64,000 bases of DNA from Macrostomum lignano (Eukaryota), in contig NIVC01000157.1 of NCBI GenBank assembly GCA_002269645.1, positions 434,001 through 498,000 on the forward strand, given 5' to 3'. The notes beneath the pieces were generated by a model. The model was not told the origin of the DNA. It ran no database searches and worked only from the letters and a program-made list of their open reading frames with translations. Positions 46,200 to 59,239 of the stretch are shown one piece after another. How positions within the stretch are numbered: the first letter of the stretch is position 1; every line of letters begins with the position of its first letter. The position numbers and the translations under genes are program-made.

Positions 46200-47490
46200 A
46201 GAGATGAGGTAAGGAGTAGAGAGAGAAAGAAAATGAGGGTAAAACAAAGAGAGAGAGTGAGATGCACAGAGAGGGTAGTGAGGAGACAGAGGGTGGGAGA
46301 CAGGGGGTGAGGAGACAGAGGGTGAGGAGAGAGAGGGTGAGGAGACAGAGGGTGAGGAGAGAGAGGGTGAAGAGAGAGAGGATGAGGAAAGAGAGGATGA
46401 GGAGAGAGAGGGTGAGGAGACAGAGAGTGAGGAGAGAGAGGGTGAGGAGACAGAGGGTGAGGAGACAGAGGGTGGGAGACAGAGGGTAAGGAGACAGAGG
46501 GTGAGGAGACAGAGGGTGAGGAGACAGGGTGAGGAGAGAGAGGATGAGGAGACAGAGGGTGAGGAGACAGAGGGTGAGGAGACAGAGGGTGAGGAGAGAG
46601 AGGGTGAGGAGACAGAGGGTGAGGAGAGAGAGGGTGAGGAGACAGAGGGTGAGGAGAGAGAGGGGGAGGAGACAGAGAGTGAGGAGACAGAGGGTGAGGA
46701 AAGAGAGGATGAGGAGACAGAGGGTGAGGAGAGAGAGGGGGAGGAGACAGAGGGTGAGGAGACAGAGGGTGAGGAAAGAGAGGATGAGGAGAAAGAGGGT
46801 GAGGAGAGAGAGGGGGAGGAGACAGAGAGTGAGGAGACAGAGGGTGAGGAAAGAGAGGATGAGGAGACAGAGGGTGAGGAGACAGAGGGTGAGGAGACAG
46901 AGGGTGAGGAGAGAGAGGGTGAGGAGACAGAGGGTGAGGAGAGAGAGGGGGAGGAGACAGAGAGTGAGGAGACAGAGGGTGAGGAAAGAGAGGATGAGGA
47001 GACAGGGTGAGGAGAGAGAGGATGAGGAGACAGAGGGTGAGGAGACAGAGGGTGAGGAGACAGAGGGTGAGGAGAGAGAGGGTGAGGAGACAGAGGGTGA
47101 GGAGAGAGAGGGTGAGGAGACAGAGGGTGAGGAGAGAGAGGGTGAGGAGAGAGAGGGTGAGGAGACAGAGGGTGAGGAGACAGAGGGTGAGGAGAGAGAG
47201 GGTGAGGAGACAGAGGGTGAGGAAAGAGAGGATGAGGAGACAGAGAGTGAGGAGACAGAGGGTAAGGAGACAGAGGGTAAGGAGACAGAGGGTGAGAAGA
47301 CAGAGGGTAAGGAGACAGAGGGTGAGGAGACAGAGGGTAAGGAGACAGAGGGTGAGGAGACAGAGGGTGAGAAGACAGAGGGTGAGGAAAGAGAGGGTGA
47401 GGAGACAGAGGGTGAGGAGAGAGAGGGTGAGGAGACAGAGGGTGAGGAGAGAGAGGGTGAGGAGACAGAGGGTGAGGAGAGAGAGAGGGT
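46200..47490. repeat. 15-bp purine-rich repeat GAGGGTGAGGAGA(C/G)A
   Basis: Directly visible. Confidence 0.95.
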
Positions 47491-47803
47491 GCAGTGCAAT
47501 AAGATAGAGACGAGAGACCGGATGCAGACAGAGTTAAGAAGGCTTACAGAAAGCCAGAATCAAACGACGAATCGGGAACGCAGACAGCACAAAAAGCACT
47601 TTTAGAAGCTACAAAACTTCTCTTTGAGTCTTGGTCTGTCTGTCAGATTAACCGCAAATTTGATTGACAGTCATGCAGACTCTCTGCACTTCGGTGGGTT
47701 CAGCTGTGGAAACATATTTGTGAGGGCATAGCTCTGGGTCTCCTTGTTGCACTATTCTGACTAGGAAACTGCACTTGAGCTGGCTGAGTGGGATTCAAGA
47801 GTT

Positions 47804-48170
<367 letters not shown>

Positions 48171-48485
48171 AGTTTGTTTCTGTTTATATTACGAGCAAGC
48201 AATAGATGTGGCTAAATCCAGTGCGTGAACTTCGACCCGAATAGAATAGAATCACTTTGCTCGAATTGTGAGCACAGATCCCGAAAGAAACTAAGCAGCA
48301 GGACCCCTCGGCTGTTCCCATAATCTTTTAAGCCTCGTGAGTTGAGTGCGTCTGGCTCGCTTTGCTACAAATTGAACCGGAGAAGCTCCGCATGGGGCAG
48401 AATTGGCTGCCGTGTGGCCTCTGGGGAGACATCAATCTTCTCCTTGAAGCTGTGCCTCACTGCACTTGTGGGAACTGCGCACGAG

Positions 48486-49145
<660 letters not shown>

Positions 49146-49874
49146 GATGTCAAAACAGTCGGTGACGTGGGTCCCTGCTAAAAGCAGATTCACTGCAGAT
49201 CGTTGGCTCCTGGATCTCTTGGGGGATCTAACAGGATAAACATTTACCCAAGCCTTGTACTGCTTGTTTGTCTGTGCTCATGCCACATTTGGGTAAATTT
49301 CTCGCTCAGTTGCGCAGCAGGGGACCCACTGCCCGTCAGACAGTTTCCGCCATTTACGATGTTCTAATTAGCTCCCAAGAGGACTGTAACTTCTGGTTGT
49401 TTACGTTAAGAATTCGGGTTGGACTTTACATTCATATGCTATTCGACATTTTTCCATCCCTAAATTTGGGAGAGAATGTCTTGTAGGTCAAACTGAACTT
49501 ATCATTGATAAACAACAAAGTTTCAACAAAGCATACATCATTTTACGCTGAAGCAATAAAATACCCAGCGCTGTTTATTTATAAAAAAAACAAAATATTT
49601 CCGCAGAGATTCTCATGCATCTACTGTACATAATGTATAGTTTTAGCGAATACAATAGCTAATTATCATATCATTTATTTCATAAACAGAAATTAAGGCA
49701 TTGAACCGGCGTTCCTAAGTAAAAATGTTTAATATTATAATTTAAGGTTTTTCAGGATCTCACAGCTATTCGAACTTGAAAACCTACGCTATAAAACCGA
49801 TAGTCACACCCAGCTCCCCAACCCGAAGTCACAACCTGCTCCCTAGCCGGAAGTTACACCCCCGAACCCGGAAG

Positions 49875-52524
49875 TCACACCCGCCGACTGGTCAGCTGAG
49901 ACGGAATCACGCTGGAGTCCACGTGTCGCCAGTTCTCCATGCAGAAGGTGCCAAACCATTCCTTCCTGGACTCCGCAGCCAGTCGTCGATTCCGCTCCAG
50001 CTCCTCCGAGTTGTCGTCGCGCACCATCGGGCGCATCTCCGGCGATATCGGCATGGTGAAGATCAACGGCGCCGGCTCCGTGGTCAGCACCGAGCCGCCG
50101 TGTCGCCGACACTCGGGCAGCGCGTCCGACTGCAGCGGCTGGCTGACGCTGACAAACAGAAGGCGATCGGTGAACTCCAGGCGGTCCCACATGTACTTTA
50201 GGGAACCTTCGGATAGTTCTCGAACCCCGGAGGTCACGTCCGCATCCGATGTCACCTCCAGGTGGTTGGGATAGCGATGGTACAGCAGGGTGAGCCACTG
50301 AGTCCGGCTTAGCAGCACTGGCAGAGCGATTATCTGCGAAAATCATTTGTTATAACTTATATCGCAAACTTGAGCATAAAAAACTCTTAGGCAATGTCTA
50401 AAGCCTGTTAGTGCCTCAAAGCCTATTGGACAGTGCCTCAAATACAGTGTCTCAAAGACTGTTAGACAGTGTCTCAAAGACTGTTAGACAGTGTATTAAA
50501 GACTGTTAGACAGTGTCTCAAAGACTGTTAGACAGTATCTCAAAGACTGTTAGACAGTGTCTCAAAGACTGTTAGACAGTGTATTAAAGACTGTTAGACA
50601 GTGTCTCAAAGACTGTTAGACAGTGTCTCAAAGACTGTTAGACAGTGTATCAAAGACTGTTAGACAGTGTATTAAAGACTGTTAGACAGTGTATTAAAGA
50701 CTGTTAGACAGTGTCTCAAAGACTGTTAGACAGTGTATTAAAGACTGTTAGACAGTATCTCAAAGACTGTTAGACAGTATCTCAAAGACTGTTAGACAGT
50801 GTATCAAAGACTGTTTGACAGTGTATTAAAGACTGTTAGACAGTGTATCAAAGACTGTTAGACAGTGTATCAAAGACTGTTAGACAGTGTCTCAAAGACT
50901 GTTTCGAGTACTGTCTGTAAGAAAACTGTCTATCAGGCATCGAGTTCAAGAAAATATGACCAGTAAGTAAATTAGGCATAACTATACATGCCAACTACAA
51001 ACTCTATTATATTAGTGGTAGTAGCATCATAAAGTGATTGCTTACATCCCATTCAACATCGAAACCTAAAGATTGAATCTCGTTGATCGTGTCCACCACC
51101 GGTACGTCGGAGTCTTGCACCCGGTCCCTGGCTTCCGAGTAGTACGGCAGCGTGATCATGTCGGCTGGTCGCTGGATTATCAACAGGCTTCCCTGGGGTC
51201 GAAGGCAGCGCATCGCGTTCATGTAGAACGTCTTCCGATCCTGAAGGTACTCGAGCGAGTCGCGAACAATCACCTTGTCGTAGCGTATCGGAGGTGAGTC
51301 TTCGTCGTCATCGCGTTGGGAAGCGAGTTGACTAAAGTGCTCTTCAGCTTCACTGTTCACCACCGAGACTGGGATCAGACTGCAGTGGCACACGGAGTTA
51401 AATGGCATCGGGATATGTTAAAAGTTTTGGGATGGGGATAAAAGTAGGATATAAACCACAGTTTTTACATTGTTTTGTACTACGAAGTACTCGTAGTATT
51501 AGATTACAACTGGACCTTAAACTGACGGTCCATGACATTATCCTGCCCTCAGTAGTGAAGATAATATACTCGTACATGTTCTAAAGATGGTACATCTGTT
51601 CTGAAGGATACTTCTGTCATTAGGTATCACGTCTGTCCTGAAGGTGATGCTACTGTCCTGAAAGTGATTTTCCTGTCCCGGAGGCGATGTTCCTGTCCTG
51701 AAGGAGATTTTCCTGTCCAGGAGACGATGTTCCTGTCCTGAAGGCGATGTTCCTGTCCTGAAGGATGCTCCTGTCCTGAAGGGGATTTTTTCTGTCCCGG
51801 AGGCAATGTTCCTGTCCTGAAGGCGATGTTTTTGTCATGAAAGTGATTTTCCTATCCCGGAGGGGATTTTTCTGTCTTGAAGGTGATTTTCTTGTCCTGG
51901 AGGCGATGTTCCTGTCCTGAAGGTGATGCTCCTGTCCTGATGGTGATTTTTCTGTCCTGAGAGCGAGTCCTCCTATTCTGAATAGAATTGATTCTGTTTT
52001 CTGAAAGGACAACCGACTTGAACAAAGAGTCTCGCTGAGGTTTTTCATATATTTTCCTGCAGCGCCAGAACAAAGGCAGCTGTCAATGTCAAACCGAGTG
52101 TTAGGGTAGACAACCTCAAACAAAACTTGCAACAGACTATGCAGAAAACTACTCGGTGATTTATGTAGAGCTTAAAGACTAGTGGCACAAAACGTTTTTT
52201 TCCTTACCGTCCGGTTTTGGCCGCCTCGTAGACAATTTCGCCCGGTGTCACCTCTTGAATGCCTTTGACAAGCTTTAGTCGCTGCTCCAGTACTTTGGCC
52301 AGCGAGCCCTTCTTTGGACCGACATAGCAGACAAGATCGTCAACGTTGATTTCGGCTAGACGGGACACGGAATCGCAGATGGCCTTATTGTACTCATCGC
52401 CGAAGCTGAACTGAGAGCCGTCGTCAATGGCGGGCAATTGGCGTTGAATTGGCACGTCGCGTTGGTATCGCTCGGAGATGACGCTGAAGGGCCTCGGCGA
52501 TTCGGGGCCATAGAATGCGGACAT
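49875..52524 (-). CDS. Class I SAM-dependent methyltransferase-fold protein, 3 exons, about 369 aa
   Basis: Exons 52208-52524, 51046-51379 and 49875-50333 are GT-AG with phases 2 and 0, total 1110 nt. The sequence contains DLVCYVGPKKGS at the motif I position and YDKVIVRDSLEYLQDRKTFYMNAMRCLRPQGSLLII, which resembles motifs II-III. An AG acceptor directly precedes the ATG, so an upstream exon is possible. Confidence 0.72.
50430..50905. repeat. Intronic minisatellite, 22-bp unit GTGTCTCAAAGACTGTTAGACA
   Basis: Inside intron 50334-51045. Each unit carries a mini-hairpin ACTGT-TAG-ACAGT. Confidence 0.94.
51625..51965. repeat. Intronic minisatellite, 20-bp unit GAAGGCGATGTTCCTGTCCT
   Basis: Inside intron 51380-52207. 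Confidence 0.88.
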
Positions 52525-54171
52525 CTGCAGAATACGAGGGAAGAAGTGTGTGGCTTCCGTGTGATTTTCTGAGACATTTGATAATTTAGACCTTCAATAC
52601 GCATTCATTTCGCAGCGTAAAGCACTATTATTAAATTCGCTGAAGTAGGCATTCAGTTTCGTCTCAAACTAGCAATTTATTTGGATCACACCGTCAGCGC
52701 ATGATAAGAGCAGTCTAACGAAGTAAAATAATGTTGATAAGAGTTCATTTTGATCTGGTTACGTCGCTTGTTAAAAGTGCTTGAGCGATGTTTCACTATG
52801 CAATAAATTAACCTTAAAAAAGCATGTGATGTTAGTATCTGCAACTCTGTGAAGTCAATCAACAAGAACTGGCATTAGACTTAGCAGCAAGCAGATTAGA
52901 TCCGTTCAGTCCCCCAGCAGCAGCTGGTACAAGCATGTCTAGATGGTTATCTTTACCTTTTAGCTTAATCAGAGCTCTCTTCTGTCGCGAAAATTTACAC
53001 TCTTGATGCTATCTTTGTGCAAAAGTGTCCAGCCCAGCTGTAAGACTGCCTGTGTGCCCCTCGCTTGGCAAAGCGTCTTTTAGTAGACAGGATTGAAGAG
53101 GGCAGAACAGGGGCTGGGCGAGAGGAGACTGGCCAAGCCCAGTTGGTTGGGTGCCAAGGTGAGAGTACGAAAAAGACCATCGCGCTTAGAAACCGACGGG
53201 GTAAAATCGAAAATGAGAATGCTGCCTAGAAAGAGAATTTTGTAGGAGAGTTTGAGCTAGGAGCTCACAGGCTCGCTAGATAAACAATGAGAATTTGGCA
53301 GACTTTGCTTAAGCATAAAGACGTAGTACATAAGAGGCTCATGCTGGTGCAAATGAAAGGCATGGAATTGAACTTGCTATTTTTAGAGTTGCAAGCTAAC
53401 ATATACGCTCGTAATATCCTAACTATGAGATATATAATATGCTTCGCGCACCGCGTTAGTTGGCTTAAAAATTAAACAACAGCTTAGCCCGTGCATTCCT
53501 GTAGCAATAGCAGTTTTTTGTGCTTTTAATTGTACTCACTAATTAAAATTCGTTAAAACCTTAACCCAGTATTTCTGCGCGCGTAAAAACTTAAATGACC
53601 GAGATACGCTGCACTCGCAAATCGTACGAATTTCCTAGCAGTTTTTGGTGCAGTTTTTTAGCACAAATTTAAATGCTTCACCTCTTGACTTCCAAATATT
53701 GTAAATCCAGTATGTGTTTCGTTCGAGGTGTACTCCACCAATTTTTTAGAATTGAAAAGAAGCATTTTTGGAGAGCAACAATGCTCAAAATAGTTCCGTT
53801 GTGCTCTCTAAACAGATTTGGTAAAGATTTGCTTTTTTTGAACAGCGCTGAAGCGGCTTTCGCAATAGACAAATACCGACTAGTTCTAAAACCAAGAAAA
53901 TCCTGTATCGCGCCAATGCGTTTTGCACGATATGCGAGTGCAGTGTCATACCCTTACATGTCCATAAATAAACATTAAAGCATTTTTTAACGCTCGCTTT
54001 AGTTTCTATTACAATATATATTGCATAGCAAACAGCCAGTAGATGTGATGAGTTTTAGTTGAAAAAACACAATACAATACACTGTCGTTGGGTGTTCCTC
54101 TGGGCTAAGGAGCCACAGCAACATAATTTTTTATCTCGAAGGATTAAAAGCATTGGTAGAGACCCTGAATT

Positions 54172-55191
54172 CTAGTCGGCCATCTCCACCATCCACAGGT
54201 CGGGATCCAGCGTGTTCAGGCAGCTGATTTCGGCCGAATTCGATCCACCTCGATGCACCAGCGCTGCCGTCGGCCAACGTTGATTCCTGATGGTGATTCG
54301 GTCGCCATCTCTCGGGTGCGGATTGCTTAGTTGCCACACCTGAGACTGGGAGCTGTCCCGCCGGGTGTCGAAGTAAACTCCGCCTCGAAGGGAGGCATAC
54401 GCGTAGCGATAGCCGCCGTAGGTGTGCGTTTCCGCTTCGATTCGAACGCCTGAACCGAGACCAAGTCCGATCAGTCTGTAGCGATACTGCCGGTTGTAGC
54501 CGAGGGTTGCTGCCTCCCAGCCTCGCTTGTGTCTCATCATCAGGTAGCATCCCGTAGCGACGTGTCTCAATCGCACAAACGTGTCTTCCAAAACCAACTG
54601 TCGAGTTCTGTAATCGGATGTGCAGTCAACAACCCGACTAGGCGGCTGAAAACCACCAGCTGTAATGGCAACTCTTTCAAGGTTGTATCGGCGTTGCACT
54701 TCTTCTTCTGACGTTGTCATGGTGGCAGTAACTGTCAGCTGCCAGACGGTGAGAGTGCCGCGCTCCGGTACGGTCACGGTCAGCTGCCGCTGCTCAGACT
54801 GCTTTAGTTCGTTGCCATTGACGCGGATCGTTGTCTCATCCAGAGACGTCTCTAGACGAACTCTCAGCCCTGTCAGAACTTCCAATGGTTCATCCTGCTC
54901 GAGAAGTTGCTCACTAGCGACCGCGTGACGACCCAACGATGCGGCAGTCAACTGCTGTCCGATGAGGTAAGAGATCCCGACGCGTATCTCGCCGGCACCT
55001 ACAAGCTGATTCTCCTGTGTGCTCAACACAGTCCATCGAGCTGTGCAGTCTCGACTGCTCCTAGGAGAACCTGCTGCTGCGCCAGCTGCTGAGCTCAGAC
55101 AGCAGTGCTGATTGACGAGCAACAAGAAGCAGATATGAAACAATTGTAACAGCGGTTGTTTTGACGACGGAAACATTCCACACAGGCTCAT
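54172..55191 (-). CDS. Intronless secreted protein: signal peptide, Ig/cadherin-like beta-sandwich and C-terminal beta-trefoil (ricin-B/MIR-like), 339 aa
   Basis: A hydrophobic N-terminus (LLQLFHICFLLLVNQHCCLSSA) and a stop-free 339-aa ORF in AT-rich surroundings. The central TTIRVNG...LTVTA...RYNLE segment and the C-terminal threefold beta pattern (VRLRHVATGCYL, SQVW, DLWMV) suggest the domains. Domain calls are by eye. Confidence 0.75.
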   Translation of the reverse strand: MSLCGMFPSSKQPLLQLFHICFLLLVNQHCCLSSAAGAAAGSPRSSRDCTARWTVLSTQENQLVGAGEIRVGISYLIGQQLTAASLGRHAVASEQLLEQDEPLEVLTGLRVRLETSLDETTIRVNGNELKQSEQRQLTVTVPERGTLTVWQLTVTATMTTSEEEVQRRYNLERVAITAGGFQPPSRVVDCTSDYRTRQLVLEDTFVRLRHVATGCYLMMRHKRGWEAATLGYNRQYRYRLIGLGLGSGVRIEAETHTYGGYRYAYASLRGGVYFDTRRDSSQSQVWQLSNPHPRDGDRITIRNQRWPTAALVHRGGSNSAEISCLNTLDPDLWMVEMAD

Positions 55192-55734
55192 GCAAGCATG
55201 TTATTTAGTCATTTGAATTTCGAGCCAAAAACGTGAAAGTTCTTTGCAAGTTAAATTTTTTGAGATAAAGTGCATAAAAAGGCGATTTGGCCTTCAATTT
55301 AGCTCGTATAGCATAAAAACTGGGGTAAAGTCCAACATGTGTGTGCCCGTGCAATCGCAATGTCACTTACATCTAACTCAGAAAGATAGCTTTCTACAGT
55401 GTACAAGAAAGACAAGCCAAGCTTTTGATGCTTTAGACGCACTTCGCTATCAATCTCTTGGATATATTAGCTACCGTAGAAGACCGAGTTTTTATACTTT
55501 AAAATTAAAACTGAAAACCATTTATATCTAACTACTCTACTTGGAGTAGAAATATAAGGAAAATACAAAGACTAATAGAAAAGTATTTTCTATACTTTAT
55601 TCGCCGTAAAAGAAATAGCAATCTTCAAACCACGTTTGGGAGGCAACAAAAAAAGTTTTTAATCAACAAACAATTTTGAAAGCATAAGTACAGTCAGCAT
55701 TGGTATTTTTTAAAGACAGAGACTAAAGCATCTA

Positions 55735-56560
55735 ATTGATTCCCCTGGCATTTCATTAATTCCCCTTGCAGCATATCGATTCCCCTGTCAGCTCATTGAC
55801 TCTCCTGGCAGTTTTTTGATTCACCCTTGAACATTGGCATCTTATTGATCCCCCTGAAAGCTTATTGGTCCCACTGAAAGCTCATTGATTCCCCTGGCAG
55901 CTCATTTATTTCCCTGTTAGCTCATTGATTCCCTTGGCAGCTCATTGAATCCCCTGGCAGCTCATTTATTTCCCTGGCAGCGCATTGATTTCCCTCGAAG
56001 CTCATTGTTTCCTCCTGGCCTCATCTCATGGATTCTCCTGGCAGCTCATTGATTTTCCTGTTAGCTCATTGATTTCCCTGTTAGCTCATTGATTCCCTTG
56101 GTAGCTCATTGAATCCCCTGGCAGCTCATTTATTTCCCTGTTAGCGCATTGATTTCCCTCGAAGCTCATTGATTCCCTTGGCAGCTCATTGATTCCCTTG
56201 GCAGCTCATTGATTCCCTTGGCAGCTCATTGATTCCCTTGGCAGCTCATTGATTCCCTTGGCAGCTCATTGATTCCCTTGGCAGCTCATTGATTCCCTTG
56301 GCAGCTCATTGATTCCCTTGGCAGCTCATTGATTCCCTTGGCAGCTCATTGATTCCCTTGGCAGCTCATTGATTCCCTTGACAGCTCATTGATTCCCTTG
56401 GCAGCTCATTGATTTCCCTGTTAGCTCATTGATTCCCTTGGCAGCTCATTGATTTCCCTGTTAGCTCATTGATTCCCTTGACAGCTCATTGATTCCCTTG
56501 ACAGCTCATTGATTCCCCTGGCATCTAATTGATTCGCTGGAAGCTCATTGACCCCTTGAG
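55735..56560. repeat. Minisatellite, 20-bp unit GGCAGCTCATTGATTCCCTT
   Basis: Homogeneous centre with degenerate edges. Confidence 0.94.
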
Positions 56561-56786
56561 CATGTGCATCTTGACCCCCTTGAGCATTGGCATCTCAGAG
56601 ATTTCACAATTTTATTTTCGAAATCTTAGGTTTCTTAGTACTAAAGTTTCAAAAGTAACACTAGTTCCACCAGTGAACGAGCCGAGCCCGGCGTCGGGCG
56701 AGAGCGAGAGAACCCGAGTGAATAATTTCTACCCATGGCGGCCGAAGGCCTAGGGTGCTAGAAAGTATTTACGAGTAAATAAGTTA

Positions 56787-57046
56787 GGGCCTTTTCATAT
56801 TACCAATTCCAGAACCAGAATCGGTTCGGAATTCCAAGAAAAACAGCAGTATAACTATTAAACTCTGTTAATATTTGACTGCCTTAACAACCTAACTTAG
56901 CACAATTTTTCACTTTCTTCTTGGCCATTGTCATTCAATAATAAAAACTTTATAGTACGTATCTCCGTCTAGTTATGGAGACAAAAAGTTATGCTTCACA
57001 AATTGGTTCTGGTTCTGGAACCAGAGCAAGCAATATGAAAAGGCCC
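56787..57046. mobile_element. 260-bp MITE, PIF/Harbinger (Tourist-like)
   Basis: Perfect 15-bp terminal inverted repeats GGGCCTTTTCATATT (56787-56801) and AATATGAAAAGGCCC (57032-57046). TTA flanks both sides (56784-56786 and 57047-57049). Subterminal inverted TTCCAGAACCAGAA motifs are also present. Confidence 0.85.
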
Positions 57047-59160
57047 TTAGACTCCCATGCATTTTGAAATTTCACGTTTTTTCGCCAAAAAATGCTCCTG
57101 TTTTGCAACCACTGCACGGATTGAGTTGAGTGAGGTGTCGATCGATAGAAAACTTTTAGGTCTATCGAATGAATATACTTTTGAATGCAAAGTTTTTTTT
57201 AAATGAGCCGTAAATTAACTGGAAAGACGATTTTTTCAAAAGTGCTTCTAGGAGATCTCAAAATTCTGGTACACCTTACGAGATACGGCTTCGACATCTG
57301 CGGATCAAAGTTGTCAAACTAAATTTCCTATAAAATGGTATATGGCGCTTTGATTTATTTTGGTATCTTTATGTAGTTTTGGTGGGTTTTTTGGGTAAAA
57401 AAATTACCCTCATTTTATTATTTCCCCACTTTTTCCTACGAAGCTTTTTGAGTTTCGGCTTCAAAGCAGTGCAGTTAGATGCGCAATGCAAAAATCTACA
57501 AGTGTCTAAAGTTTTGTTTTCCTACGATTCTGCAGTGCTAAGAAAATTGATAAAAATCGATTTTTCAAAAAATCACATGACTTTCGTATTATTGCTCATT
57601 TTAATTATGAGAACATGGTGCGAATAATCCGATTTCGAATTTCGATAGCATAGTTGCTGTACTATATTGGTTTAAATTGCCGCCGTCTGATTTCGCTGCT
57701 TTCGGGTTGAAAAATCGATCAGAAATCGATAATTTGTGATTTTTGGCTGATTGGGTGCCAGACAAATGGGTGATTAAATTTTTAAAAGAATGGTAGATCA
57801 AATGCGGATACTGCAACGAGTTGTACTAATGTCTGGCTAAAATCAACCAAGTTTTTGAGTGTCTGCAACAAGTGCTCATGTGTCAAAAGTGATTGGAATT
57901 GGAAATCGATCAGAGTAGTGATTTTTTTAATATTTAGCTTGAAATCAGGCAAAATAACGCAATAGGACGGCAATATTTTAATGACGCCTGATTTCCCACA
58001 TAACGAGGCATATTTGTATGCAATTTCTAGAGATTCGGTTCATTGGGTAAAAAATTATCGATAAAAAACTGAAAACTTGACTTTTTACTTTTATGTTAGT
58101 TCCGGGCTACTTAAACTGGAAATGGTAGGAATTTTGCACTGAAACCAATGAATTCCATATACCTGTAGTTAATTTAACAAATTTCATAACCATTCGATGT
58201 TTTTTTCATGTAAAAAATGCCTTTTTTTGCATCGAAATTCATCACATTAAGCTGCATACCGCTTTGCATAATCTGCATTTGCATGCGATTGCTTGCATGG
58301 CTTTGGCATTGGGCTGAGTTAAGCTGGTTAGAAAGGAAAGGAAAGGAAAGGAAGGAATATTCGTACATACAATGTAAACACCCGTCCCTTCCAAGTGGGG
58401 TTGTGGCAACGCGAGAGGGCTTGGCGGCTTGGTTTTGAGGGCGTGTAATAAGAAGCTTCATGCGACTCGCACACAGACCAAGGGAAATTAGATCGATAAA
58501 CGGGCGTCACGTGATTAGAATTTCGTATTAAATTTAGCTCTTTAACTGCACATTTGAATTGCAAGCCCAGTACAAAGTTTGTCGGGCGCAAGATCCAAGT
58601 CACTACGTGTACAATCCTCCCCCCGACTAAAAAGTCAGGCGATACGGCTTCTGAAGTAGGTATGTACAGTGTTTTGGAATAACTTTATTTATAGCTTTCT
58701 TTGCAACCCCGTATCTTATGTCAGTTTAGTGTACTATCTGATTGATAGTATCAGTCAGTATGAGTATTAGGTCCCACAAAACTGGCTTGGCTTTCCAAGC
58801 ACTTAAGCTGATGCTAGAGGATCTTGCGCCGAAACAACCAGCTTAAATGGAGTTGTATAACCCTGCTACGCTCTAGAGACTTTAGACAATTTTTTTAGAT
58901 CGAGGGCCTATTGTAGAAGATTCCAGTTCATGGTTGCGGGCCAGATAAGAGAGGAAATGAAAGAGAATAGATGGAGAAGAGAAAAGAGGAGATAAGAGAT
59001 AAAGATAAGGCAAGGCGAGAGAAAAGCGAGAGGAGAGGGGAGACTAGAGAGAGATTAGAGAGGAGAAAAACAGAACAGACAAAGAGAAAAATGGGATAAG
59101 TAGAGATTTAAATTTTTCTTGAGATTCTCAGTTTTTTTATCGGTACAAAACTAGGTTTAT

Positions 59161-59239
59161 CAAGTAGTATGAAGACCCACGTCTAAAAAGAAGCCCGTTC
59201 ACTGGTGGCAAAAAGACGTGTGCGTCTTCATACTACTTG
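59161..59239. repeat. 79-bp inverted repeat (hairpin)
   Basis: CAAGTAGTATGAAGAC (59161-59176) pairs perfectly with GTCTTCATACTACTTG (59224-59239), and pairing extends via ACGTCT/AGACGT. Confidence 0.85.

Noticed and set aside
51650-52132. 160-aa minus-strand ORF as an extra exon of the methyltransferase-like gene
   Set aside because: Most of it is the 20-bp minisatellite, and the flanking exons join in frame without it.
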